Virus record (IMG/VR): IMGVR_UViG_3300042940_001739
DNA length: 64,000 nucleotides
Source: a virus
Taxonomy: Duplodnaviria; Heunggongvirae; Uroviricota; Caudoviricetes
Reading direction: 5' to 3' (one strand)
The position numbers and the translations under genes are program-made. Shown here piece by piece: positions 49,808-57,609 of this stretch. The number at the start of each line of letters is the position of its first letter. Positions within the stretch are counted from its first letter, which is position 1. The notes under the pieces are model-generated. The model had not been told where the DNA came from and did no database searches. It was given only the letters and a program-made list of their open reading frames with translations.

Positions 49808-49832
49808 GTGTCTGCTTCGGTAGGCACTTTTT
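49808..49832 (+). terminator. Rho-independent terminator (gtgtctgc-ttcg-gtaggcac + T5)
   Basis: 8-bp stem with two G:U pairs, TTCG loop, TTTTTACTG tail. Confidence 0.55.
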
Positions 49833-50272
49833 ACTGGGCGTCCAAACTAAGTAGAAGATTAGCAGTTTACGGATAAGCTTCTAAATAATAATATTGCAAC
49901 GAAGAGTAACGTAACGAATACAACAAGTATTATAAGTATATGTGTTAATAAGAGAACGTAGAGTAAGACTCGAACAAGTAAGTATTTAATTTTACCCTGG
50001 CCCAGCAAGACTCTGGTGTCTAATAGAAAGATGACCTTCATAGATATTGTCAATGTTTCCCAGTATAATATTGATACATTCTATGTATGGTAGTAGAGAA
50101 ACGGTGTCTAGTAAAGGAATGTAAGGATGGTAATGCCCCTTTCAGCCGTTCCTATTTATTTACGCGGGGCATAGACTCTATATTGCCGGCCTCTGAATAT
50201 CAGTAATCCATACAGGCCTAAATGTTCTTAAACGCGAACTAAGAGGCTGGAGATGGAGGAGAGGGTATAGGC

Positions 50273-50550
50273 TATTTTTAGTCCAATACCAACGTATTTT
50301 TAGACGTAAGCACTGATTCTATTTTTAGAAGGATATCCTATTTTTAGATCACGATTCATTTTTAGATGCGTTGTGTCATTATATATAGTATCCTGAATGC
50401 TTCTATTTTTAGACGGATTAGTTCTATTTTTAGAAGCTTATGTGTTATGGGTTCTATTTTTAGACGATTTTTAGAGCAATATGCCGTTATTTTTAGAATC
50501 TATTTTTAGATGCATGCCGCACTTTTAGAACGTATATGCGGTTTTAGTTC
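50273..50550. repeat. Iteron-like array of ~13 direct repeats, core (C)TATTTTTAGA(N)G
   Basis: Copies start at about 50273, 50296, 50319, 50338, 50357, 50403, 50424, 50454, 50466, 50488, 50500, 50520 and 50541. Spacing is mostly 19-23 bp. No ORF. Confidence 0.7.
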
Positions 50551-50600
50551 GGTTTGCTAGCTATTGAGAGACGAAACTTTCCGGAATATTTGCGCGCGTA

Positions 50601-50650
50601 TGGTTGGATTCTAGACATAGATTTCATATTATATAAATGTAAATAAGAAG
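50601..50650 (+). promoter_or_regulatory. Class II promoter-like motif (tGGTTGGATt...TTTCATATTATATAAatgtaaataag) with no protein gene downstream
   Basis: Same bipartite motif as upstream of 26585, 41700, 43089 and 45521. Confidence 0.4.
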
Positions 50651-50940
50651 GAAGGGTTATTATCCAACCAAATGCTGAAAGGCGGCCACAAGGATATTAA
50701 ATATAGATACGTATTGGGAAAGGTCTATCCTATAAACAGAACATGGATCAAACCGGTATGGCAACCACAAGCTACATGTAGCTAACACCGTCATACCATA
50801 AATGTCGGCAGGGTCCGGGAATAACGCGCTCGAAAGACGCACCCGGCGGTCCGACGTTAGGTAAGCTGATCGGGTTTCTCTCTCTTTACCTTGATCGGGT
50901 AGTAGTCCGGGCATCGTTTAGGCGGTGCCTATACTGCTGA
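50650..50940 (+). ncRNA. Candidate structured non-coding RNA (GC-rich island in AT-rich DNA)
   Basis: ~290 nt at roughly 50% GC with imperfect long-range complementarity (gtcggcagggtccggg...cccggcggtccgac). Largest + ORF is 41 aa (50672-50797). Sits downstream of a class II promoter motif and upstream of the first class I promoter. Confidence 0.3.
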
Positions 50941-50967
50941 AAACATTTTCGAAACTTTTTTCCGAAA

Positions 50968-51002
50968 AGATTAGGATCGCATTGATATTATACTTATCTT
51001 TA
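50968..51002 (+). promoter_or_regulatory. Class I bipartite promoter AGATTAGGAT-N15-CTTATCTTTA (copy 1)
   Basis: Exact boxes with 15-bp spacer. ATG of a 51-aa ORF 26 nt downstream. Confidence 0.55.
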
Positions 51003-51027
51003 TATTATTAATTAAAAAGAGAGATAT

Positions 51028-51183
51028 ATGTATAGTTTGAATTGTAGTTATTATGAGAAAGAGTTTACCAGCATCGACGAGTTGTTGGATGATGTAATGT
51101 ATTCGGGCATGGATCCGAATTATGAAATTACCCGTAACGGTGTTAGCACGGGAGAAACGTTAGCAGATTTAATTAGTTATTAA
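51028..51183 (+). CDS. Small acidic hypothetical protein (51 aa)
   Basis: ORF directly behind class I promoter copy 1; below the track's 60-aa cut-off. Confidence 0.3.
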   Translation: MYSLNCSYYEKEFTSIDELLDDVMYSGMDPNYEITRNGVSTGETLADLISY

Positions 51184-51198
51184 TATAAAAAAGAGACT

Positions 51199-51432
51199 AT
51201 GAGTTTAAGAGAAAGATTGATTGCAGTAGGATTTGTACCAGTTGACCTTAAGGCCGGCAATGTTAAGATAGGAGACAACATTGCGAATAATAATATGATA
51301 TTCGGCGAGTTGATTAAAATTACCAAGAAAGGTAATTATGTAGTTCGCTTTGATATGGACTATGCAGATGAAAAGCCGTCAAAGTTTCCACCGGAAGTGT
51401 TTGAAAGATTCTTCCTTGTAGATAAAAGATAA
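51199..51432 (+). CDS. Hypothetical small protein
   Basis: ORF only. Confidence 0.3.
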   Translation: MSLRERLIAVGFVPVDLKAGNVKIGDNIANNNMIFGELIKITKKGNYVVRFDMDYADEKPSKFPPEVFERFFLVDKR

Positions 51433-51457
51433 ACTTTTCTGAAACTTTTCTTGGAAA

Positions 51458-51492
51458 AGATTAGGATCGCATTCTAAAAATGCTTATCTTTA
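51458..51492 (+). promoter_or_regulatory. Class I bipartite promoter (copy 2) plus leader element aagcaattagggaatggtcc
   Basis: Exact boxes with 15-bp spacer. Confidence 0.55.
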
Positions 51493-51535
51493 TTATAAGC
51501 AATTAGGGAATGGTCCTTAATATAAAAAAAGAGAT

Positions 51536-51910
51536 ATGAAAAAAGAAGCAAAAGTAGAATTTGGAATTGTAATTACAAAGCCATGGAGTTCAGAGATGTA
51601 TGCTCACAATGAGCAAGTAGCAGATGTGGTTCGCGAGACGGTATTAGGAATGTGGAATGATGCAATAAATGAATTCCAAGAGGATAAGGGAGAAGAGTTT
51701 ATGTCCGATGTTGAATGGATTTTAGCTCCAGAAAAATTAGAAAACGTCCAAAGAGCTATTACATGTTACGGGTTTGGATATGGATATGATGTAGCAGCAG
51801 TATCTGAAAGAGTAATACAAGAATTAGAAGATGCTCCTTTATTCCGTTTAAAAGAGATAGCAGAAGATTTAGAGATTGAATTAGAAAAAGGGTTTGTTGG
51901 CTTTAGTTAG
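51536..51910 (+). CDS. Hypothetical acidic protein
   Basis: ORF behind class I promoter copy 2. Confidence 0.35.
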   Translation: MKKEAKVEFGIVITKPWSSEMYAHNEQVADVVRETVLGMWNDAINEFQEDKGEEFMSDVEWILAPEKLENVQRAITCYGFGYGYDVAAVSERVIQELEDAPLFRLKEIAEDLEIELEKGFVGFS

Positions 51911-51931
51911 CCAGCAAACTTTTCTGGAAAA

Positions 51932-51966
51932 AGATTAGGATCTGAACATTAAAATGCTTATCTTTA
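51932..51966 (+). promoter_or_regulatory. Class I bipartite promoter (copy 3)
   Basis: Exact boxes with 15-bp spacer. Confidence 0.55.
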
Positions 51967-51978
51967 TAAAAAAAGGCT

Positions 51979-52128
51979 ATGAAAAGATTAAAAGTAAGAA
52001 CCGTAGAGCAACAAATCAAAGAAGGTAAAATTGAGTGCATCACTGACATTAAATTGGGTTATGTTGAAATCCGCAGATGTGCAACCGGTGTGAGAGAAAC
52101 CATTAAAGTTATTCGAAACAAATATTAG
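51979..52128 (+). CDS. Small basic hypothetical protein (49 aa)
   Basis: ORF behind copy 3; below the track cut-off. Confidence 0.3.
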   Translation: MKRLKVRTVEQQIKEGKIECITDIKLGYVEIRRCATGVRETIKVIRNKY

Positions 52129-52156
52129 AAAAAGGTTGTTTCCGAACATTATAATG

Positions 52157-52166
52157 CTTATCTTTA
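52157..52166 (+). promoter_or_regulatory. Degenerate class I promoter (-7 box CTTATCTTTA retained, upstream box diverged)
   Basis: aaaaaggttgtttccgaacattataatgcttatcttta. Confidence 0.35.
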
Positions 52167-52182
52167 TAAAAAAGAAAGAGAT

Positions 52183-52362
52183 ATGAAAAGGAAATTAGAA
52201 TTGCAATTAAGAGCTGAATATAATGTATATCAGGCTAAAGCTCATCCCGAGGATCAAATGTCGTTTATGGATTATGTACAGCAATTAGGCAGATTCCATG
52301 GATTTAAGGTTAATGTAAAAACATCATGGGATTTAGATTATGTAATAACCTTTACAAAATAA
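52183..52362 (+). CDS. Small hypothetical protein (59 aa)
   Basis: ORF behind the degenerate promoter. Confidence 0.3.
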   Translation: MKRKLELQLRAEYNVYQAKAHPEDQMSFMDYVQQLGRFHGFKVNVKTSWDLDYVITFTK

Positions 52363-52439
52363 TTTAAACAAAGTTTGCAAAAAGGTTGGATCGCATTGAT
52401 ATTATCGGTATATTTAAGTATTAATTTAAAAAGAGAGAT

Positions 52440-52700
52440 ATGGAAAGAGAATTTAAGATTGATTTAGTGTTAGCAACGGAGATAGCACAGTTTTTGGAAA
52501 CATTGCTTGAGGCAGAGTTGAATGAGGAATTTGATTCAAGCCGAGCATGTACAGACACTTACCTGGACCAATTTGATCCGAATGGCTTTGTCCCGTTTAA
52601 TCAGCTAATGCAAGCGCTTATTAAAGCCGGCGTGGTAATTCCGCAAATAGCTCCGGAACAAGGCATTGGATTGGATAATTTGCAAAGACGATTCCAGTAA
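52440..52700 (+). CDS. Acidic hypothetical small protein
   Basis: Preceded by the variant promoter aaaaggttggatcgcattgatattatcgg. Confidence 0.3.
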   Translation: MEREFKIDLVLATEIAQFLETLLEAELNEEFDSSRACTDTYLDQFDPNGFVPFNQLMQALIKAGVVIPQIAPEQGIGLDNLQRRFQ

Positions 52701-52724
52701 AAAAGTTTAAAAAAAGTTGCAAAA

Positions 52725-52759
52725 AGATTAGGATTCGAAAGATAAAATGCTTATCTTTA
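52725..52759 (+). promoter_or_regulatory. Class I bipartite promoter (copy 6)
   Basis: Exact boxes with 15-bp spacer. Confidence 0.55.
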
Positions 52760-52778
52760 ATAAAATAAAAAGAGAGAT

Positions 52779-53174
52779 ATGAAAAAAGTAAATTTAGCAG
52801 AACAATTGAATGCGTTTGCATCAGGCAGAATCATTGACAGTGAAGGATCAGAAAATGATTGTTTTAACTTTTATGATTGGTTCTGCAAAGATTCATCATT
52901 AGAGCGCAAAGCAAATGCATTGTTCCCAAAGGTAAAAAAGTTTGTTGCAGCAACTCAAGTTGACATCTTGGATACATATGTGTTCTTTAAAAATAATTGT
53001 CCGATGAATGGACCATTATATGATGATTTCCGTATATGTGATGAGAACGGAGTTTTATTCACAGTAATTCCTAAATGCGGTCATACCGGCAAAGCTGAAA
53101 TATGGGGAAAGAATGATTCCGGCGTATTTGAATGCTTAAAACAAGCAGAAACATTTTCGAAACTTTTCTCCTAA
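52779..53174 (+). CDS. Hypothetical Cys-containing protein
   Basis: ORF behind copy 6. Confidence 0.35.
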   Translation: MKKVNLAEQLNAFASGRIIDSEGSENDCFNFYDWFCKDSSLERKANALFPKVKKFVAATQVDILDTYVFFKNNCPMNGPLYDDFRICDENGVLFTVIPKCGHTGKAEIWGKNDSGVFECLKQAETFSKLFS

Positions 53175-53175
53175 A

Positions 53176-53210
53176 AGATTAGGATTCGAAAGATAAAATG
53201 CTTATCTTTA
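53176..53210 (+). promoter_or_regulatory. Class I bipartite promoter (copy 7) plus leader element aagcagaaagggaaatggttcc
   Basis: Exact boxes with 15-bp spacer. Confidence 0.55.
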
Positions 53211-53255
53211 TATAAGCAGAAAGGGAAATGGTTCCCAATCATAAAAAAGAGAGAA

Positions 53256-53447
53256 ATGGCAATAGGCAAAAAAAATTCAGGAAAGTTTCAGCAAGATGCA
53301 GTAATTGGTCAATTTGCAAGAGATGCACGTAGAGCAAGAGAAATTAGTCCAATCGTTAAAGCAGCTTTAGCAGCAGGAGAGCGCAACCGAATCTACCGCG
53401 CAGAGCAAGAAGCTAAGGCTAAATTGAATCCGCGCTTCGTAAGATGA
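53256..53447 (+). CDS. Small basic hypothetical protein
   Basis: ORF behind copy 7. Confidence 0.3.
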   Translation: MAIGKKNSGKFQQDAVIGQFARDARRAREISPIVKAALAAGERNRIYRAEQEAKAKLNPRFVR

Positions 53448-53542
53448 TAATGGCGGCGATAGGTATCACGATGGCGGCGATAGTCGTAACGGGATTAGTA
53501 GCATCAATAGTATCAATAATAGATTCACGTAAATAAAGAGAG

Positions 53543-54283
53543 ATGGCAAAAAGAATTCATGTAAGCACCGGAGCTATAGTAGCAACAGCAGAGAGCACAA
53601 CGCAGTATATGCGTGAGATTAAAAAGTTAGCAACCTTGACACGAGAGCAAGAGATTGAGTTAGCAAACCAAATCCAAGCGGGAGACACACGCGCTATGAA
53701 TAAATTGGTTGAGTCTAATTTGCGATTTGCGATCCAGGTAGCTAAGCAATATCAAGGTATGGGATTGCAGTTAGAAGACCTTATTGGGTTCGCTAATGTA
53801 GGATTGTTTGAAGCCGCTGAGCGTTTCGACCCAACTAAAGGCGTCAAGTTTATTACCTTTGCAGTATGGTATATCAGAGCCGAGCTTCAGAAGGCACTCA
53901 ATGATTTGTCCCGTGTTGTAAGGATCCCATCACACCGTACGGCAACTGAGGAGTATTCAACCAAGAGTATTTCAACTCCGGTAGGCGATGATGATAACAA
54001 AGAGACTTATGCGGATCGCTTCTTAGAAGCTGAGGCAACACGATCAGGCAGAGACCGCGCGGACATGACATTTGATATCAATCGAGCATTGAGTCAATTG
54101 AAGCCTAAGCAAGAAGAAGCCATTCGTCGCAATTATGGGATCGGTATGGAGTATGCTCAGAGCATGGAGCAGATTGGTGAAGAGATGGGCATCACAAATG
54201 AGCGCGCTCGTCAATTGGTCCGTCAAGCTGAGATTGCATTAGCAGGCTTACCAGGCATCAAGCTATTGGAACAATACCTGTAA
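53543..54283 (+). CDS. Sigma-70-family RNA polymerase sigma factor (phage-encoded)
   Basis: Region 2 (LRFAIQVAKQYQGMGLQLEDLIGFANVGLFEAAERFDPTKGVKFITFAVWYIRAEL) and region 4 HTH (SMEQIGEEMGITNERARQLVRQAE). Confidence 0.7.
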   Translation: MAKRIHVSTGAIVATAESTTQYMREIKKLATLTREQEIELANQIQAGDTRAMNKLVESNLRFAIQVAKQYQGMGLQLEDLIGFANVGLFEAAERFDPTKGVKFITFAVWYIRAELQKALNDLSRVVRIPSHRTATEEYSTKSISTPVGDDDNKETYADRFLEAEATRSGRDRADMTFDINRALSQLKPKQEEAIRRNYGIGMEYAQSMEQIGEEMGITNERARQLVRQAEIALAGLPGIKLLEQYL

Positions 54284-54307
54284 CATTTCTGAAAAAAAGT
54301 TTCAAAA

Positions 54308-54342
54308 AGATTAGGATTCGAACATTATTATACTTATCTTTA
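54308..54342 (+). promoter_or_regulatory. Class I bipartite promoter (copy 8) plus leader element aagcaattagggaaaggtcc
   Basis: Exact boxes with 15-bp spacer. Confidence 0.55.
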
Positions 54343-54387
54343 TTATAAGCAATTAGGGAAAGGTCCTTAATTTAAAACCAAAGAGAG

Positions 54388-54510
54388 ATGAGAGATTTTT
54401 TAACATTAGCATCAGTAGCAGTAGGAGGAATCCTTTTAGCAGGAGGTAACGACTTAGGAATATTGTTTGTATTCCCGGGAATTATTTACACAATCAGAAC
54501 CGCAGAATGA
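54388..54510 (+). CDS. Tiny membrane protein (40 aa)
   Basis: Hydrophobic LASVAVGGILLAGG...ILFVFPGIIY; behind copy 8. Confidence 0.25.
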   Translation: MRDFLTLASVAVGGILLAGGNDLGILFVFPGIIYTIRTAE

Positions 54511-54611
54511 TACCAGAAGGATTCACACCGGAGGAGTTTAAGCGCGTAGTGACTCAAGCAACCTTAGCTGTAAGCGCATTGATATATGTTGAACTTTATA
54601 ATTAAGAGACG

Positions 54612-54758
54612 ATGAAAAGAGAGATGAAGCCGTTAGAAGAAAAGATCAAAGCATTGAGATCAATCATGGAGTATTGGGAGTGTTTCTTCCAAGATGATGA
54701 AGTAGGCCAAGCATTAGCTGAGGTTGAAGCAGAATTAGACAAGTTCCGATTCAAGTAA
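54612..54758 (+). CDS. Small hypothetical protein (48 aa)
   Basis: ORF only. Confidence 0.2.
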   Translation: MKREMKPLEEKIKALRSIMEYWECFFQDDEVGQALAEVEAELDKFRFK

Positions 54759-54782
54759 AAAAGTTTCAAAAAAGTTCCAAAA

Positions 54783-54817
54783 AGATTAGGATCCTATCAT
54801 TATTAACCTTATCTTTA
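54783..54817 (+). promoter_or_regulatory. Class I bipartite promoter (copy 9)
   Basis: Exact boxes with 15-bp spacer. Confidence 0.55.
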
Positions 54818-54838
54818 ATAAAATAAAAAGAGAAAGAT

Positions 54839-55051
54839 ATGTTAAAAGACGCAATCGCATTATTAAGTCAGTTCGGATTAGTTGATGGTAACACATTACC
54901 AGACTCGACGCCAGGCACACAGTATCAATTTAGAAGTTGTTCTCCGAACCTAATAGTACCAGCACCAGGTATGAAAACAGTTATATCAGGCCTTTTAAAG
55001 GATCATGGGTACACGGTTAAAGCAATCGGAACAATGTTAAAATTAGTTTAA
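54839..55051 (+). CDS. Hypothetical small protein
   Basis: ORF behind copy 9. Confidence 0.3.
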   Translation: MLKDAIALLSQFGLVDGNTLPDSTPGTQYQFRSCSPNLIVPAPGMKTVISGLLKDHGYTVKAIGTMLKLV

Positions 55052-55076
55052 AAAAAGTTTAAAAAAAGTTACCAAA

Positions 55077-55111
55077 AGATTAGGATCGCATCATTATTAT
55101 CCTTATCTTTA
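55077..55111 (+). promoter_or_regulatory. Class I bipartite promoter (copy 10) plus leader element aaggaagttagggaatagtccc
   Basis: Exact boxes with 15-bp spacer. Confidence 0.55.
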
Positions 55112-55165
55112 TTATAAGGAAGTTAGGGAATAGTCCCACAGTTTAAAAACCAAAAAAGAGAGATT

Positions 55166-55582
55166 ATGAAAAAAATTGAATTGATTGCAAAGTTAGAAGG
55201 CGCTAAAGAATTGACGTCAGTAGTATCGATCGACTTAGTATTGACAGCATTAAGTATGTTGGAAGACGAAGCTCCAAAAGGCTTCAGCCTCAAAGGCGCG
55301 CAGTTTGACTTGTTAATGGACAAGATCCAAAGTGCCGTAGACCAAATGGACCGACGCGAGTTGATAGATAAAGACTCCGCGGAGTTTGAGTTAGATTGGA
55401 ATAATGTAGTTAGCTTAAGTGATGTATCAGTCGACTTTGATTATGTATACAATAGCATCCGCGACGAGTTGGAGGAGCTTGTTGAAGACGAAGAAGAAGA
55501 TGAGGAAGCTGAAGCAGACGAAGAAGGTCCTGTTTATCCTGAGGAGTTAGATGAGTTAGCTGAATTAGACATAGAAGAATAA
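55166..55582 (+). CDS. Hypothetical protein with poly-acidic C-terminus
   Basis: EELVEDEEEDEEAEADEEG tail. Confidence 0.35.
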   Translation: MKKIELIAKLEGAKELTSVVSIDLVLTALSMLEDEAPKGFSLKGAQFDLLMDKIQSAVDQMDRRELIDKDSAEFELDWNNVVSLSDVSVDFDYVYNSIRDELEELVEDEEEDEEAEADEEGPVYPEELDELAELDIEE

Positions 55583-55602
55583 GATATATCTCTCAGTCCA
55601 AA

Positions 55603-55624
55603 GCCCTAGCAGAAATGTTAGGGC
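55603..55624 (+). other. Conserved hairpin gccctagc-agaaat-gttagggc (third copy, no T-run)
   Basis: Identical to the terminator hairpin at 39441. Confidence 0.5.
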
Positions 55625-55647
55625 ATTAGGACGTAAAAAAAGAGATA

Positions 55648-55797
55648 TGATAAGAAGCAAAAAAGAAATCCAGGACGCAAATGCATTATTAATAGCAATG
55701 CACGTATTCATTGTAGCCAATAACATGAAGCATCTATTCGGCGATGCACTCAATACAATTGGAGCCGCAATTGCTGAAATCCACCAGGAAAAATAAT
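55648..55797 (+). CDS. Small hypothetical protein (49 aa)
   Basis: ORF only. Confidence 0.2.
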
Positions 55798-55815
55798 TGA
55801 AACTTTTCTTGAAAA

Positions 55816-55850
55816 AGATTAGGTTAATTGAAATAAAATGCTTATCTTTA
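55816..55850 (+). promoter_or_regulatory. Class I bipartite promoter (copy 11, upstream box AGATTAGGTT) plus leader element aagcagaaagggaaaggccc
   Basis: 15-bp spacer conserved. Confidence 0.5.
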
Positions 55851-55895
55851 TATAAGCAGAAAGGGAAAGGCCCAAGACGCATTTATAATTAAATC

Positions 55896-56852
55896 ATGAG
55901 AGAGATGATGAACGTATTTGAACCAGTAAGAGTAAAAGGTAAATTAGTAGCAAAAAATGTTAAGTCAGGAGAGATTGCAGGAAAAGATTTGATCCGACAC
56001 ATTCAATTGCTTAATGCAGAAAAGAATCGTCAGTTGTTAATGGTTGCTCCAAACGGCAGAGTAACAAGACTTGATAGTACCACAACAAGCTCAACACCAT
56101 CAGCACCTAGCAAGATGTCATTCATGTCAGTAGTTGAGACTAGAGATCCTGAGACAATGTTTGGCAACTTGGAGCGTCTGACTAAAATGGTAGGGCGAGG
56201 CATTCAACCATCATTGGTCATCACAGGTATGGCAGGTGTCGGCAAGACGCACCTTGTTAAAGAGACACTAAAGCAAATGGGCTTGAAGGAGTCATATGAC
56301 TTTGAGCATTTCAAAGGTAAAGCAACCGCGGCAGGTTTGTATATGACATTGTATGCTAACTCAGACAAGATTGTAGTATTAGATGATTGTGATTCAGTAT
56401 TCAAAGATGATGATGCAGTCAATATCCTTAAGGCGGCACTTGACTCATATGACACTCGTCAGATCTCATATATCTCAACGAAGCCTTTGAAAGATGAGTT
56501 TGGCGAACCGATCCCATCACGCTTTGAGTTCACAGGTAAGATCATTTTTATCTCAAACATCAACCAAAGCAAATTAGATGAGGCGATCCGTAGCCGTAGC
56601 TTTGTAGCAGACATTAGCATGAACACTGAGCAAATGTTTACAAGAATGGAGCAGTTGTTACCTACCATGGAGTCACGTATTCCATTAGCGGCAAAGCAAC
56701 AAGCATTAGATGTTATGAAGGCGCTCCACGCTAAGTATGACGGAGTAGACATCAACCTAAGAAGTTTTATCAAAGCATCACGAATTGCGGCGATGGGCTT
56801 CCCGGCAGATGAAGTAGAGAATTTAATTGCAGAGCAGATCATCGCGGCATAA
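55896..56852 (+). CDS. P-loop NTPase (AAA-like ATPase)
   Basis: Walker A VITGMAGVGKTHL and Walker B KIVVLDDCD. Confidence 0.5.
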   Translation: MREMMNVFEPVRVKGKLVAKNVKSGEIAGKDLIRHIQLLNAEKNRQLLMVAPNGRVTRLDSTTTSSTPSAPSKMSFMSVVETRDPETMFGNLERLTKMVGRGIQPSLVITGMAGVGKTHLVKETLKQMGLKESYDFEHFKGKATAAGLYMTLYANSDKIVVLDDCDSVFKDDDAVNILKAALDSYDTRQISYISTKPLKDEFGEPIPSRFEFTGKIIFISNINQSKLDEAIRSRSFVADISMNTEQMFTRMEQLLPTMESRIPLAAKQQALDVMKALHAKYDGVDINLRSFIKASRIAAMGFPADEVENLIAEQIIAA

Positions 56853-56928
56853 GACATATCATATCTCTCAATATGAAAGAGGCCGGCATCGAAAGGTGTC
56901 GGTTTCTACTGTAAAATAAATCAAACAA

Positions 56929-56963
56929 ATCGGCAAAAAGATTAGGATCCTATCCCGATAAAC
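56929..56963 (+). promoter_or_regulatory. Class I bipartite promoter (copy 12) plus leader element tagcaattagggaaaggccc
   Basis: Exact boxes with 15-bp spacer. Confidence 0.55.
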
Positions 56964-57025
56964 CTTATCTTTATATATAGCAATTAGGGAAAGGCCCTAA
57001 GCTTAATTAACTAATAAGAGAGAGT

Positions 57026-57226
57026 ATGACAAAAGTAAAAGAGTTTGTAGCAGCAGAGTTAAAAGGATTAGAGAGAAGCTTCATTGCAACTCCAGACCGC
57101 AGAGAGTACCTAGAGTCATTTGCAAAAGCAAATCAAGGAAGCATGGACTTAGTGCTAATGCAAATGGCAATTCAATTCGGAGCCAAGCTAGCATTAGAGA
57201 ATGTACAAGAGTTATTAGGTAAGTAG
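57026..57226 (+). CDS. Hypothetical small protein
   Basis: ORF behind copy 12. Confidence 0.3.
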   Translation: MTKVKEFVAAELKGLERSFIATPDRREYLESFAKANQGSMDLVLMQMAIQFGAKLALENVQELLGK

Positions 57227-57249
57227 TATTAATATATAACAAGAGAGAC

Positions 57250-57486
57250 ATGACAAAGAAAGAGATGATCCAAAACATTCAGAAGCTAGAAGCAATATTC
57301 TTTTTGAATGCAAAGCAATTAGAATTAGACTATGGCAAAGACGAGCCAATGTATCGTTCAGCAATTAACAAATGGTTAGGAGTCAACATGTTGATGCAAG
57401 ACTTAGACATTGATGGAGATTGGTCATTGCCAGAAGCTAGGGAAGCAGCAGACTTGATATGCCTTATATCCAAGAAGCGAGCCTAA
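57250..57486 (+). CDS. Hypothetical small protein
   Basis: ORF only. Confidence 0.3.
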   Translation: MTKKEMIQNIQKLEAIFFLNAKQLELDYGKDEPMYRSAINKWLGVNMLMQDLDIDGDWSLPEAREAADLICLISKKRA

Positions 57487-57506
57487 GCCAAATATAGCCA
57501 GAACAT

Positions 57507-57533
57507 GGGGGGAGTAATAGCCCCCCTTTTTTT
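57507..57533 (+). terminator. Rho-independent terminator GGGGGG-agtaatag-CCCCCC + T7
   Basis: Perfect 6-bp G:C stem plus T7. Confidence 0.65.
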
Positions 57534-57580
57534 GTGGGGTAGCCCCCCTAGTATAGACCCCTTTGACCCCCCATGATTTA

Positions 57581-57609
57581 GGGGGGTGGGGGAGGGTTTC
57601 GTTAAGGGG
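57581..57609 (+). other. G-quadruplex-type motif GGGGGGTGGGGGAGGGTTTCGTTAAGGGG
   Basis: Four G-runs of at least 3, with loops of 1, 1 and 9 nt. Embedded in a region of G and C homopolymer tracts (57507-57625). Confidence 0.4.

Noticed and set aside
50273-50550. Possible CRISPR array
   Set aside because: The repeat unit is only about 10 bp (TATTTTTAGA), spacers are 9-20 bp and irregular, and there are no cas genes. Called an iteron-like regulatory or origin array instead.
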